Assembly: GCA_963735805.1 (NCBI GenBank) | Contig: CAVTMK010000002.1 | Location: 1,312,001-1,376,000 of the forward strand | Direction of reading: 5' to 3' | DNA length: 64,000 bases | Source: an uncultured Verrucomicrobiae bacterium | GTDB lineage: Bacteria > Verrucomicrobiota > Verrucomicrobiia > Chthoniobacterales > UBA10450 | Shown: piece after piece, positions 10,294 through 22,070 of the stretch | How positions within the stretch are numbered: the stretch's first letter is position 1 | Layout of the letters: each line of letters starts with the position of its first letter | Made by a program: the position numbers and the translations under genes | The notes under the pieces: model-generated | What the model saw: the letters and a program-made list of their open reading frames with translations, nothing else | What the model was told of the DNA's origin: nothing | Database searches by the model: none

Positions 10294-10635
10294 ATGTCGA
10301 TGGAGCAAACGCACGACGAAATCTTTGATGACGCCAACGGTGACCTGGCCGTCGGCGATCTGGAAAGCGCAGTGGAGAAGTACGGGCGCTGTGTGCAGAT
10401 AGCACCTGATTTTTTCGACGGCTGGCATGCGCTCGGAATGGCGCGGATGAAACTCGGGCGTTTTACCGAAGCGATCGAAGCGGGAAAAAAAGCGGTCGAG
10501 CTCCGGCCCAATGATCAAATTGGATGGACAAGTCTTTCGCTGTTCTACAATCGCGCCGGCAATATCAAGGAAGCCGAAGCAGCTGGAGCAAAGGCGAAGA
10601 TACTGAGCTGGGGCGGAAAGATTGCAAAAGAGTAG
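10294..10635 (+). CDS. Tetratricopeptide-repeat protein
   Basis: TPR consensus 'GWHALGMARMKLGRFTEAIEAGKKAVELRPND'. Confidence 0.85.
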   Translation: MSMEQTHDEIFDDANGDLAVGDLESAVEKYGRCVQIAPDFFDGWHALGMARMKLGRFTEAIEAGKKAVELRPNDQIGWTSLSLFYNRAGNIKEAEAAGAKAKILSWGGKIAKE

Positions 10636-10683
10636 TGTACAGAGAATCTGATTCACTCATTTTCTTTTCGCTGATCTTCCGAC

Positions 10684-12759
10684 CTACCAAATGTTGACCC
10701 GCTTGTCTCGAGGCCTAACCATTGGCGATCCGTCGGGAATATTGAATGCCTGCTGAAATTCCGACATGTTGGAGACGGGTCCGTTGCATCGATAATGGGT
10801 TGGCGAATGCGGATCAGTGTTTAGTCGCAACCGCAAATCGTCTTCGCGCTGATTTGCTCGCCACACCTGGGCCCAGCCCAGGAAGAAGCGCTGTTCGGGT
10901 GTAAATCCGTCAATTTTTTGGTCGCGCGCCTGTGGATTCTTATTGAGCGCTTTTTGCAGCGCGGCATAAGCGAGCTTGATGCCACCAATGTCAGCGATGT
11001 TTTCGCCCTGAGTCAGTTCGCCATTGATGTGCAACCCTGGAAGCGGCTCATACTCGGAATATTGTTGTACTACAGCTTGAGAGCGTTCCTTGAATTTCGC
11101 GGCTGACTCCGGTGACCACCAATCGCGCAAATTCCCAGACGCATCGAATTGCCGGCCTCGATCGTCAAAGCCGTGCGTCATTTCGTGGCCGATCACTGCG
11201 CCCATGCCTCCATAATTCACAGCGTCATCAGCTTTTGGATCGAAAAACGGCGGCTGTAAAATTCCAGCCGGGAAGACGATTTCGTTCATTTGCGCGTTAT
11301 AGTAGGCGTTCACTGTCGGCGGGGTCATTCCCCATTCCGTGCGATCAACCGGCTTGCCGATTTTTTTTAGCTCGCGATTGACCTCGAAAGTCGCGGCTCG
11401 CATGGAATTTGAGATGTAGGGGCCTCTGTCGATCTCAAGGTTTGAATAATCGCGCCATTTATCGGGATAACCGATCTTGACATTCATGGCGGCAAGTTTC
11501 TTCAATGCTTCCTGCTTGGTTGGTTCATCCATCCACTCAAGGGTCTTAATTCGGTCTGCCAGCGCAGCTTTGAGATTGTTGATCATTTCCAGTGCCCGGG
11601 CCTTTGCCTCAGGCGGGAAATAATCGGCTACATAAAGCTTGCCGAGCGCTTCACCCAAAGCTCCATCAGTAGAAGCAACCACTCGTTTCCAACGCGGCTT
11701 GATTTCCTTGGTGCCGCGCAGAACGCCCTGATTGAAATTGAAATCTTCGTTTACAAAATCCTTCGATAGATCCTCAGCCGCGTCATCAATTAAGTGCCAG
11801 CGCAGATAGGTTCTCCAATCGTCGATGGATGTTTTGGTTAACACGGTGTTGGCCGCCTTGAAGAACTCGGGCTGGCCCACGTTGATATCACCTGGCGCCG
11901 GGAGATTGATCGCTTTGAAATAATCGCCCCAATTCCAGTCCGGGGTAAGCTTTTGCAAATCGACCTGAGTCATTTTGTTGTAATTTTTTTGCGGATCACG
12001 CAGTTCCACGCGTGTGCGGGATGCGTTGGCGAGAGAAGTCTCCAGGGCCATGATCTTTTTGGCGTCCTCGGCAGCTTTGGCCGGCGTCTCGCCGAGAAGC
12101 GTCAGCATTTTTGTGACATGCTCAACGTACGCGGCGCGTTTCTTTTTCGAGTCCTCATCCGTCTTGGTGTAGTAATCCCGATCGGGGAGGCCAAGTCCGC
12201 CTTGATGCGCCTGTGCGATCTCACGTGTGCTGTCTTTCTCATCCTGGCCCGAGCCAAAGTCGAAAAATGCGCCAACGCCAATGGAGTGCAGGCGCGCGAT
12301 TTCTTTAAGCAGATCCGCGCGGTCTTTGATTGCGTCGATGCGCTTTAGCTCGTCTTCGAGAGGTTTGATTCGCTCACCCTCGATTGCTTTTTCGTCCATG
12401 CCGCTGGCGTAGTAATCGCCCACCTTTTGCACTTCTGGCGACGCTTTGGCATCGACATGCGCGTTTGCCGCCTTCTCTGTGATTTTGTGCAGCGCATCAA
12501 TATTTTTTTCACTTAATTGCTCCAGGCTGCCCCACCGCGCATATTGGGGCGGGACAGGATTCTGTTTCAGCCAACCGCCATTGGCGTAACGATAAAAATC
12601 ATCCTGCGGTTTCACTGATGTATCTATGTTTTTTGGGTCCAACGGCGGGGGGTTCTGATTCACCGGCGAGGAGCTTTGAGCCGATTGCGTTGGCGATTCC
12701 GTTTGAGCCTGCAAACTGAACGCGCTCAAGAGTGCGACGATAAAAAAGGATGATTTCAT
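10684..12759 (-). CDS. M13-family (neprilysin/PepO-like) metallopeptidase, secreted
   Basis: Signal peptide; VNAYY, HEMTH zinc motif, GENIAD, DPHSP. Confidence 0.95.
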   Translation of the reverse strand: MKSSFFIVALLSAFSLQAQTESPTQSAQSSSPVNQNPPPLDPKNIDTSVKPQDDFYRYANGGWLKQNPVPPQYARWGSLEQLSEKNIDALHKITEKAANAHVDAKASPEVQKVGDYYASGMDEKAIEGERIKPLEDELKRIDAIKDRADLLKEIARLHSIGVGAFFDFGSGQDEKDSTREIAQAHQGGLGLPDRDYYTKTDEDSKKKRAAYVEHVTKMLTLLGETPAKAAEDAKKIMALETSLANASRTRVELRDPQKNYNKMTQVDLQKLTPDWNWGDYFKAINLPAPGDINVGQPEFFKAANTVLTKTSIDDWRTYLRWHLIDDAAEDLSKDFVNEDFNFNQGVLRGTKEIKPRWKRVVASTDGALGEALGKLYVADYFPPEAKARALEMINNLKAALADRIKTLEWMDEPTKQEALKKLAAMNVKIGYPDKWRDYSNLEIDRGPYISNSMRAATFEVNRELKKIGKPVDRTEWGMTPPTVNAYYNAQMNEIVFPAGILQPPFFDPKADDAVNYGGMGAVIGHEMTHGFDDRGRQFDASGNLRDWWSPESAAKFKERSQAVVQQYSEYEPLPGLHINGELTQGENIADIGGIKLAYAALQKALNKNPQARDQKIDGFTPEQRFFLGWAQVWRANQREDDLRLRLNTDPHSPTHYRCNGPVSNMSEFQQAFNIPDGSPMVRPRDKRVNIW

Positions 12760-12921
12760 GGTTTTACTGAAGAGATGAATAGTCAGGATTATTTAATTCG
12801 GATTAGACGCTCAAAACGCAGTTCCGTTGAACCGCCTTCACAGCGAAGGGAAAAAATCCGGGATTGCAAGTAGCGGGGTTGGGTGGCACGTCCTAGTGCC
12901 GGCAGTAACCCGGAGTGCGCA

Positions 12922-14016
12922 ATGTTCATAGATCGGATCAAAGTTTTTGCCCAGGCTGGGAATGGCGGACGCGGTTGCGTGAGTTTTCGCCGGGAAAAAT
13001 TTGTGCCCAAGGGCGGACCGGACGGTGGAGACGGTGGGCGTGGTGGCGACGTGATTCTACGCGCGGACCGGCACGTCGATAATCTCTCGAATCTTTTCTA
13101 CGAACCGCTTATCAAAGCCAAGAGTGGCGCGCACGGCAAGGGAAAGAAAATGGCTGGAAGGGCGGCCGCCGACAAGATCGTTAAAATTCCTGTAGGCACA
13201 GTCGTCTGGTCCGCTGAGGAGAGTCTACGCTCATCAACCAATTCAGATCAGTCCGCGAGCCGCAGTCAGCAATCGGAAACGCAGTTGCTTGTCGATCTCA
13301 CGGGCGACGGACAGGAATTTGTGCTTTGCCGCGGCGGGGAGGGCGGAAAAGGCAATGTCCACTTCAAAAGCTCGCGTAATCGCGCGCCGCGGCAATACAC
13401 CGACGGCGAAGAAGGCGAGCATGGGTATTTTGTATTGGAATTGCGAACGATTGCAGATGCCGGATTGGTCGGTTACCCGAATGCCGGTAAGTCGACGTTG
13501 TTGCGCAAAATTTCGGCTGCGCGGCCAAAGGTTGCGCCCTATCCATTCACCACTTTGCATCCGGTTGTTGGCGTGATGGAGTTGCCGGGTTATCGCTATG
13601 CAACGATTGCAGACATTCCCGGCTTGATTGAAGGGGCACATCGCGGGCTTGGTCTGGGCCATGAGTTTCTACGTCATATCACGCGCTGTCCCATCTTGAT
13701 CTTTGTGATCGATGTCGCTGGGAGCGAAGAACGCAATCCGGTGGAAGATTTACGGAATCTTCGACGGGAGATAGATTTGTACGATCCGACGCTTTCATTG
13801 CGCCCGTGGTTAGTCACCGCGAACAAAATGGATTTGCCCAACGCGAAGGAGAATCTCGTGACGCTGCGAGAGACATTTCCCAAGACCAGTATCCTGCCGA
13901 TCTCAGCGGCAAACGGGGAGGGGATCGAGGCATTAAAGGAAGCGTTGGCAGCGAGAATAACTGCCGATCATGATATCCTCTCCCCAATTAAAGGTAGACA
14001 ACCCCGGAATCTCTAG
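12922..14016 (+). CDS. obgE: GTPase Obg/CgtA
   Basis: MFIDRIKV..GNGGRG..FRREKFVPKGGPDGGDGG; GYPNAGKST, YPFTT, DIPG, NKMD. Confidence 0.97.
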   Translation: MFIDRIKVFAQAGNGGRGCVSFRREKFVPKGGPDGGDGGRGGDVILRADRHVDNLSNLFYEPLIKAKSGAHGKGKKMAGRAAADKIVKIPVGTVVWSAEESLRSSTNSDQSASRSQQSETQLLVDLTGDGQEFVLCRGGEGGKGNVHFKSSRNRAPRQYTDGEEGEHGYFVLELRTIADAGLVGYPNAGKSTLLRKISAARPKVAPYPFTTLHPVVGVMELPGYRYATIADIPGLIEGAHRGLGLGHEFLRHITRCPILIFVIDVAGSEERNPVEDLRNLRREIDLYDPTLSLRPWLVTANKMDLPNAKENLVTLRETFPKTSILPISAANGEGIEALKEALAARITADHDILSPIKGRQPRNL

Positions 14017-14031
14017 CGACACTGGCCGCTT

Positions 14032-15258
14032 ATGGGGAGACGGGTTGTAGCGAGCTATTGCTCCAGCTTTCTGAAGCCGGAAATGTTGCATATTTACCGG
14101 CAGGTAAAAGCACTGCGCGGCGTGGATACTTTCGTTGTCACCAAAGAAGTTCAAAACGCAGAACGATTTCCGTTTGCCAACGTCGAAGTGATACCAAAGC
14201 GCCGTACAAACCTGCTTGTGCACGGCTGGTTGAAATTTGTGGCCCGACGCCCGCCAATTGTCTATCGAGGCGAGTATCAGACGCTCGATTCGTTATTGGA
14301 GCGTCACGGCGCTGATTTGATGCACATTTACTTTGGTCATACTGGCGTCCACCTGCTCCCCTTTATCGAGCAATGGGACAAACCGTGCGTGGTATCTTTC
14401 CATGGCGCGGATGTCGCTCACAAAAAAGAGATCAAAGATTATCCGGACAAGTTACGCCGCCTTTTCGATGCGGTGCCCCTTGTGTTTGCCCGTTCCCAAT
14501 CGTTGGCTGACCGCTTGATTCATTTGGGTTGTCCGTCTGACAAACTCCGGATCAATCGCACTGGTATCCCGCTCAGCGAATTTCCGTTCGTGGATCGACA
14601 ACCGCCGAGGGATGGCAAATGGAGAGTCGTGCAGGCATGCCGATTGATTCCGAAAAAGGGCATCGCGACGAGCTTGCGAGCTTTCGCGATTTTTAAGAAA
14701 GACAATCCCAAGGCAGAATTTTATGTCGCCGGCAAGGGGCCTTTGCAACCAGAACTGGAGATGCTCGCGGATGGATTGGGGATTCTTAGAAATGTCCATT
14801 TTGTTGGCTTTCTGTCGCAACGAAAATTGCTGGAGCTCTATGCAAGCTCGCATCTGTTTTTGCATCCGAGCGAAATATCGGCCAACCAAGACCAGGAGGG
14901 CGTGCCGAACTCGGTTCTGGAAGCGATGGCCACTGGATTGCCTGTCGTTGCAACACGTCATGGTGGAATTCCGGAAGCGGTTGCTCACGGGCGCACAGGG
15001 CTGCTAGTGGCAGAAGAAGATCACGTTGGATTGGCAAACGCCATGCAACTCATTACTCATTCGCCGGATCTGTTAGCGCAGATGGGAGCAAGCGCACGTG
15101 CCACAGTGGTTGAACGATTTGAACGGGACGCTCAAATAGACCAGTTGGAATCGTTCTATGAAGAAGCGATTGCTTTGAACGGCGCCTCTGAACCGGTGAG
15201 GTCGAAACGCATGACTCGACTTGCTCCGCAGTTCGCCGAGCGGTTGGCGGCGAAATAA
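14032..15258 (+). CDS. GT4-family glycosyltransferase (WcaL-like)
   Basis: SFHGAD, RLIPKKG, 'DQEGVPNSVLEAMATGLPVVATRHGGIPE'. Confidence 0.9.
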   Translation: MGRRVVASYCSSFLKPEMLHIYRQVKALRGVDTFVVTKEVQNAERFPFANVEVIPKRRTNLLVHGWLKFVARRPPIVYRGEYQTLDSLLERHGADLMHIYFGHTGVHLLPFIEQWDKPCVVSFHGADVAHKKEIKDYPDKLRRLFDAVPLVFARSQSLADRLIHLGCPSDKLRINRTGIPLSEFPFVDRQPPRDGKWRVVQACRLIPKKGIATSLRAFAIFKKDNPKAEFYVAGKGPLQPELEMLADGLGILRNVHFVGFLSQRKLLELYASSHLFLHPSEISANQDQEGVPNSVLEAMATGLPVVATRHGGIPEAVAHGRTGLLVAEEDHVGLANAMQLITHSPDLLAQMGASARATVVERFERDAQIDQLESFYEEAIALNGASEPVRSKRMTRLAPQFAERLAAK

Positions 15259-15316
15259 CGCTCAAGAATTTTGTTTGTCATTCGGACAAAACGCGCTTTG
15301 GTATTCGCGTTCAAGT

Positions 15317-15408
15317 TGTAGCCGGGGTCGGCTTGTTCGCTGTAGTCGAGCAAGCGCGGGACGAAAACGGATGACCTCGGCAGGCCGGCGTCACCGATGC
15401 CAGCTACA
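15317..15408. repeat. GTAG-type REP pair with a nested insertion, just upstream of atpB
   Basis: TGTAGCCGGGGTCG-[insert]-TGACCTCGG...CCGGCGTCACCGATGCCAGCTACA; same family as 8435-8483. Confidence 0.7.
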
Positions 15409-15421
15409 GCTGTGTTATAAA

Positions 15422-16318
15422 ATGCGCAATCGTTGTTTTTTGATCATGGTGCTGATTTGCGGTGTTGCCTTTGCAATGCCGGCAATGGCCGCCGAAACCG
15501 CGCCGGCCGGGCACGAAACGCTTTCGCTCAAGCCACAGATGCTCATTCAGTTCGGCGGCTTTGGAATCACAAACTCGATGCTGGTGACCTGGATCGTCGC
15601 CGCTGCGATCATCGTTTTTTCACAAATGGCAACCCGGCGTGTTAAGGTCATCCCCGCCGGAATTCAAAATTTTTGGGAGTGGTTAGTTGAGGGTTTGCAC
15701 AATTTTTTGGAAAACATCATCGGACCCGATCTTGTGAGAAAAGGATTTTGGTTTTATGCCACCATCTTCATATTCATTCTATTCACTAACTGGTTCGGCC
15801 TGATCCCGGGAATCGGCACAGTCGGCTGGGGCCATTACAACGCGGCCGGTAGTTTTGTGGTCGATCGTCCCCTTCTGCGCGGCGGCAACGCGGACCTGAA
15901 CATGACGACCGCAATGTCGGCAGTTTTTTTCGTGATGTGGTTTGTTTGGGCGATCCAGGCGAATGGAATCGGAGGATTTCTAAAACATTTGTTCGGACCG
16001 AAAGGTGAGACATCCGGAATAGTGAGAATCCTCATGGTTATCATTTTCTTTGCAGTGGGATGGCTCGAGGTAATCTCGATTCTTTTCCGGCCAATCGCGC
16101 TAAGTTTCCGATTGTTCGGTAACATTTACGCGGGTGAAAGCATTCTGGAAGCAATGTCGACAATGGTCCCATGGCTCTCTCCCATCCTGCCGATTCCATT
16201 TTATTTTTTGGAAGTGTTGGTGGGATTTGTGCAGGCGCTGGTTTTCATGCTTTTGACTGCGGTTTTCACTATGTTGATTGCGGAACATGAAGAAGGACAG
16301 GCACACGCGCACACCTGA
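15422..16318 (+). CDS. atpB: F0F1 ATP synthase subunit a
   Basis: ITNSML, QNFWE, NWFGLIPG, 'RPIALSFRLFGNIYAGE', 'QALVFMLLTAVF'. Confidence 0.95.
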   Translation: MRNRCFLIMVLICGVAFAMPAMAAETAPAGHETLSLKPQMLIQFGGFGITNSMLVTWIVAAAIIVFSQMATRRVKVIPAGIQNFWEWLVEGLHNFLENIIGPDLVRKGFWFYATIFIFILFTNWFGLIPGIGTVGWGHYNAAGSFVVDRPLLRGGNADLNMTTAMSAVFFVMWFVWAIQANGIGGFLKHLFGPKGETSGIVRILMVIIFFAVGWLEVISILFRPIALSFRLFGNIYAGESILEAMSTMVPWLSPILPIPFYFLEVLVGFVQALVFMLLTAVFTMLIAEHEEGQAHAHT

Positions 16319-16365
16319 TTTTTCGGTGACCTCATGAAGAGGTCCCAAAACCAACTAACAAAAAT

Positions 16366-16578
16366 ATGATACTACCAATACTAGCAGAAATGGGCGGAAG
16401 CATTCACGTAGGGCTTGCCGCGATGGGCGTCGGAATCGGAATCGGCTTGACCGGCCTGGGTATGACCAGCGCGGTCGGGCGCAATCCAGGCGCATTTACG
16501 CAAGTCCTCGTGCACGGAATTCTCGCGATTGCGCTGACCGAAGCGATCGTGTTCTACGCTCTCTATCTCGTCCATTAA
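16366..16578 (+). CDS. atpE: F0F1 ATP synthase subunit c
   Basis: GxGxGxG helix, RNP loop, conserved Glu in 'ALTEAI'. Confidence 0.95.
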   Translation: MILPILAEMGGSIHVGLAAMGVGIGIGLTGLGMTSAVGRNPGAFTQVLVHGILAIALTEAIVFYALYLVH

Positions 16579-16623
16579 TTGCGGCGAGGAAGCGAGAACC
16601 ATGTTGGGTCCGCAAATTGTATT

Positions 16624-17166
16624 ATGAACTTGATAATCGCCGCAAGTAGCGGAGGCATCACGGATATCTTGCGCGAAACAGCCGAGACTTTCGGCTGGAA
16701 TTGGAAGTTGTTTCTGTCGCAGGTCATCAGCTTCTGCATCGTCGCATTTCTTTTGCAGCGCTTCGCCTACAAACCTATCCTCGCCGTGCTGGAGGAACGC
16801 CGCCGCAAGATCGAGGAAGGCCAGCTCAACGCGGAAAAAATCAAGAAGGAGCTCGCCGAAGCGGAGAAGCGTTACAAGGAAATTCTCACCAAGGCTGATG
16901 CGGATGCCCAGAAAATGATCGATGAAGCGCGCGACAGCGCTGCACATTTATCCGAGCGCAAACAGCAGGAGGCGATTGCGGCCGCGGAGCAGATCATTTC
17001 CAAGGCGCGCGAGGCCGCTGCGATTGAGCATGAGCGCACAATGGAATCCTTGAAGCGCGAGCTGGGGCACTTAATCGTGGATACTACCGCGAAGGTCACC
17101 GGCAAGGTGTTAACACCGGAAGATCAGCGACGTTTGCAGGAAGAAGCAACCCGCCAACTTACCTGA
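16624..17166 (+). CDS. atpF: F0F1 ATP synthase subunit b
   Basis: 'FLSQVISF...FAYKPILAVLEERRRKI', coiled coil, operon position. Confidence 0.93.
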   Translation: MNLIIAASSGGITDILRETAETFGWNWKLFLSQVISFCIVAFLLQRFAYKPILAVLEERRRKIEEGQLNAEKIKKELAEAEKRYKEILTKADADAQKMIDEARDSAAHLSERKQQEAIAAAEQIISKAREAAAIEHERTMESLKRELGHLIVDTTAKVTGKVLTPEDQRRLQEEATRQLT

Positions 17167-17558
17167 TGAAGATCAACAAGGAAATTCGTCAACTCTCGCG
17201 CGAGATGCTTCGAGCAAGCTTCACTGATGGGCAGCTCGACTCTGGCAGGGTCCGATCGCTGGTCAATTCGCTGATCGCAAACAAGCCGCGCAATTACATC
17301 GACGTTCTGAAAAACTACAGACGTCTGCTGCGGCTCGAAATCGAAAAGCGCCACGCTCGAGTTGAAACGGCAAGCGAATTGGATTCGACAACGAGTTCGG
17401 AACTGGTCGCTAATCTGAAGAAGAAATATGGCAGCGATCTGACCGCCGACTTTCTGGTCAACCCTGAGCTTCTCGGCGGAATGCGTGTTCGTGTCGGGAG
17501 CGATGTGTGGGATGGCACTGTTCGCAACCGGCTGGAACAGCTGGAGCGACAACTTTAA
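17166..17558 (+). CDS. atpH: F0F1 ATP synthase subunit delta (short form)
   Basis: '[25 protein letters not shown]'; operon position. Confidence 0.9.
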   Translation: MKINKEIRQLSREMLRASFTDGQLDSGRVRSLVNSLIANKPRNYIDVLKNYRRLLRLEIEKRHARVETASELDSTTSSELVANLKKKYGSDLTADFLVNPELLGGMRVRVGSDVWDGTVRNRLEQLERQL

Positions 17559-17571
17559 TCAACCGAAAATC

Positions 17572-19104
17572 ATGAGCAGCATACTTGAAGAGATCGAAAC
17601 AAAAATCGAAGGACTTAAAACCTCAACGACCAAAAGTAACATCGGTGTCGTGCGCGAAACAGGGGACGGAGTCGCGCGCATTGAAGGGTTAAGCGATGTG
17701 ATGCTTAACGAGATGATCGAATTTCCCAGTGGAGTGTTCGGCCTGGCATTGAACCTGGAAGAAACCGAGGTAGGCGCGATTTTGCTTGGTGACACCACGA
17801 AGGTCGCAGAAGGCGACGAAGTGAAGACGACTGGCAAACTTCTTTCTGTTCCTGTCGGCAAAGCGCTTCTGGGCCGAGTGGTGAACACACTCGGTCAGCC
17901 ACTCGATGACAAGGGTCCAATCAAGGCAGATACATTTTATCCACTGGAAAAAATCGCGCCGGGCGTGATCAAGCGCCGCAGCGTGAATCAACCGGTGCAA
18001 ACCGGAATCATGGCCATCGATGCCATGATTCCGATCGGTCGCGGCCAGCGCGAGCTGATCATTGGTGATCGCGCAACCGGCAAAACCACGATCGCCATCG
18101 ATACCATCATCAGCCAGGCTCGACTGAACAAGGCTGCTGAAGAGCAGGGGGATAAGAATTATCGGCCGCTCTACTGCATCTACGTCGCGATTGGTCAGAA
18201 AAATTCCAATGTGGCTCGCGCTTTGGCGGTACTCGAAAAAGAGGGTGCCATGCCTTACACGACGATCATCTCTGCGCCCGCGTCCGACACGGCGACTAAT
18301 CAGTATCTGGCGCCGTTCGCTGGTGCGGCGATGGGCGAATGGTTCATGGATAATGGAATGGATGCCCTAATCGTTTTCGATGATCTGTCGAAACATGCCG
18401 TTGCGTACCGCCAGGTTTCGCTGGTGTTAAAGCGTCCGTCCGGTCGTGAAGCTTATCCGGGGGATGTATTTTATTTGCACTCCCGATTACTCGAGCGCGC
18501 CGCGCGAATGAGCGACGAATTCGGCGGCGGCTCGTTAACCGCATTACCGATCATCGAGACCCAGGCTGGTGATGTCTCTGCTTATATTCCCACTAACGTG
18601 ATCTCGATTACGGACGGTCAGATTTACCTCGAGACGGATCTGTTTTATCAAGGTGTGCGGCCGGCAATTTCGGTCGGACTCTCTGTAAGCCGCGTTGGTT
18701 CGGCGGCCCAAATCAAAGCGATTAAGCAGGTCGCGGGCAAGGTGAAGCTCGATCTCGCGCAATTTCGCGAGTTAGCCGCGTTTGCCCAATTCGGTTCCGA
18801 CTTGGATACAGCAACAAGAGCGCGACTCGATCGCGGTCAACGCATTGTAGAGCTTTTTAAGCAAAAACAGTATAACCCGATTCCGGTTGAGGAACAGGTG
18901 GTGGTGATGTGGGCCATGCAAAACGGATACCTTGATGCTGTTCCGGTCGACCGCGTCAAGGAGTACCAACTTAAACTACAAGATTGGCTTCAGACGCGGA
19001 AAGCAGCGTTGCTTGGAACGATTCGCCAGAAGAGGGAGATCGACAAAGACCTTGAGTCGCAATTGAAGGCCGCGCTTGATGAATTCAAAACGACTTGGCG
19101 ATAA
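17572..19104 (+). CDS. atpA: F0F1 ATP synthase subunit alpha
   Basis: [45 protein letters not shown]. Confidence 0.98.
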   Translation: MSSILEEIETKIEGLKTSTTKSNIGVVRETGDGVARIEGLSDVMLNEMIEFPSGVFGLALNLEETEVGAILLGDTTKVAEGDEVKTTGKLLSVPVGKALLGRVVNTLGQPLDDKGPIKADTFYPLEKIAPGVIKRRSVNQPVQTGIMAIDAMIPIGRGQRELIIGDRATGKTTIAIDTIISQARLNKAAEEQGDKNYRPLYCIYVAIGQKNSNVARALAVLEKEGAMPYTTIISAPASDTATNQYLAPFAGAAMGEWFMDNGMDALIVFDDLSKHAVAYRQVSLVLKRPSGREAYPGDVFYLHSRLLERAARMSDEFGGGSLTALPIIETQAGDVSAYIPTNVISITDGQIYLETDLFYQGVRPAISVGLSVSRVGSAAQIKAIKQVAGKVKLDLAQFRELAAFAQFGSDLDTATRARLDRGQRIVELFKQKQYNPIPVEEQVVVMWAMQNGYLDAVPVDRVKEYQLKLQDWLQTRKAALLGTIRQKREIDKDLESQLKAALDEFKTTWR

Positions 19105-19154
19105 CGCCGCTGTTTCTCAACTCGCAATCTGCAGTTTGTAATTGGTAATTTGGA

Positions 19155-20030
19155 ATGGCGAACACGCAGGACATACGGCGCCGAATAAAATCGATCCGCA
19201 ATACCTCGCAGATCACCAAAGCAATGCAAATGGTGGCTGCCTCCAAGATGCGCAAAGCCCAGCAGCACGCGCTGGCGGGGCGACCCTACGCTGCCTTGAT
19301 GAATAAGGTTCTCGTTTCGTTGCAAAGAAGGACAGATCCGCGATTTCATCCGCTGCTCGCTGTCCGCCCACTCAAAAAAGAGTTGGTTTTAATTATCAGC
19401 ACAGACAAGGGGCTCTGCGGAGCGTTGAACACAAACCTGTTTCGGGAAGCTGCAAATTTTGATTCGGCTAAAACAGCGTTTGTGGTGACAGGAAAAAAGG
19501 CACGACAATTCATCGCCCGAACAAAGCGCGACCTCCTCGCGGATTTTGAATTGAAAGATTCGCCGAGCTTCCTTGAAGCAAAGCCGATCTCGAAGTTTTG
19601 CATGGAAAAATTTCTGAGGCGCGAGGTCGACAAAGTCTCGGTGATGTACACTCACTTCATTAACACAATCAACCAACGTGCGGTGGTGCAAACACTGCTC
19701 CCGATCAGCAGTTTTGATTTACCGAAGGGGGAAGGCGCCCAGGCCGAAAATCAAGGTCACGATCCAATGATCGGCTACGTGTTTGAACCCAGCGCTGAGG
19801 TCGTACTGGATTCGATGCTTCCGTATTATGTCTCTTATCAGGTTTTTCAGATGATCCTCGACGCTCGCGCGTCTGAGCACAGCGCGCGAATGGTAGCGAT
19901 GAAGAACGCCACCGATAACGCGAATCAATTTATCAAGGACCTTACGTTGGAATACAACAAGATGCGTCAGGCCAGTATTACAACCGAGTTGCTCGAGATC
20001 GCCACAGCGCAAATGGCGCTCGGAGCCTAG
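19155..20030 (+). CDS. atpG: F0F1 ATP synthase subunit gamma
   Basis: QITKAMQMVAASK, DKGLCG, SEHSARMVAMKNATDNA, RQASITTEL. Confidence 0.98.
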   Translation: MANTQDIRRRIKSIRNTSQITKAMQMVAASKMRKAQQHALAGRPYAALMNKVLVSLQRRTDPRFHPLLAVRPLKKELVLIISTDKGLCGALNTNLFREAANFDSAKTAFVVTGKKARQFIARTKRDLLADFELKDSPSFLEAKPISKFCMEKFLRREVDKVSVMYTHFINTINQRAVVQTLLPISSFDLPKGEGAQAENQGHDPMIGYVFEPSAEVVLDSMLPYYVSYQVFQMILDARASEHSARMVAMKNATDNANQFIKDLTLEYNKMRQASITTELLEIATAQMALGA

Positions 20031-21449
<1,419 letters not shown>

Positions 21450-21540
21450 AGCGATGAAGCGATTAAGAGAAAAGCAACAAGGAATCTGTTTGATGGGGGC
21501 CGCTTCAACCATTCAACGTTTCAACGCCTGACGAATTGCC

Positions 21541-21948
21541 ATGGCCACACTCAAGCTCGAGATCGTAACGCCTGAGGAAAAGATCTATTCCGAGGACGTG
21601 GACATGGTCACGTTGCCCGGATCAGAGGGAGAGCTCGGCGTTTATCCGAAACATGTACCCTTGCTCACGACGTTGAAACCCGGTGAGCTACGCGTTGTAA
21701 AAAACGGTCGCGAGACTGCGTTGGCTATCGGCGAGGGTTTTGTAGAAATTAAAGCAGAAGCGGTTTCGGTTTTGACCGACATGGCGCTCGAATCCGAGAA
21801 GATCGACATTGCCGCGGCCGAGGCAGCAGTCGAGCGCGCGAAAGCGGCAATGAAAGAAGATCAAACGCCTGAACAGGTGGCCGCCATTCAGGCCTCGCTG
21901 CAGAAAGCGCTTGCCCAGTTGCATGTCAAACGGCGCCGTCACGGTTAG
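21541..21948 (+). CDS. atpC: F0F1 ATP synthase subunit epsilon
   Basis: 'LKLEIVTPE', 'GELGVYPKHVPLLTTLKPG', 'GFVEI'. Confidence 0.95.
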   Translation: MATLKLEIVTPEEKIYSEDVDMVTLPGSEGELGVYPKHVPLLTTLKPGELRVVKNGRETALAIGEGFVEIKAEAVSVLTDMALESEKIDIAAAEAAVERAKAAMKEDQTPEQVAAIQASLQKALAQLHVKRRRHG

Positions 21949-22070
21949 CGCCACTCTTGTAGAGGCGCTTGTGTGAAGCGCATGTTTATTTCAAATTCGG
22001 TATCCTCCGCCGCGGACACTGCTGCGTACATTGGAGCTTTGCTGCTTTCAGCGCACTGCTAAAATTAATC

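Noticed and set aside
15221..15421. ORF-track N-terminal extension of atpB (likewise for atpF, atpA, obgE, lpxI and the decarboxylase)
   Set aside because: The extensions run through repeats or upstream genes; downstream starts match the family N-termini.
16366..16578. Na+-translocating or N-type ATPase
   Set aside because: Subunit c lacks the Na+-binding ES(T) signature, and the gene order is the standard atpBEFHAGDC.
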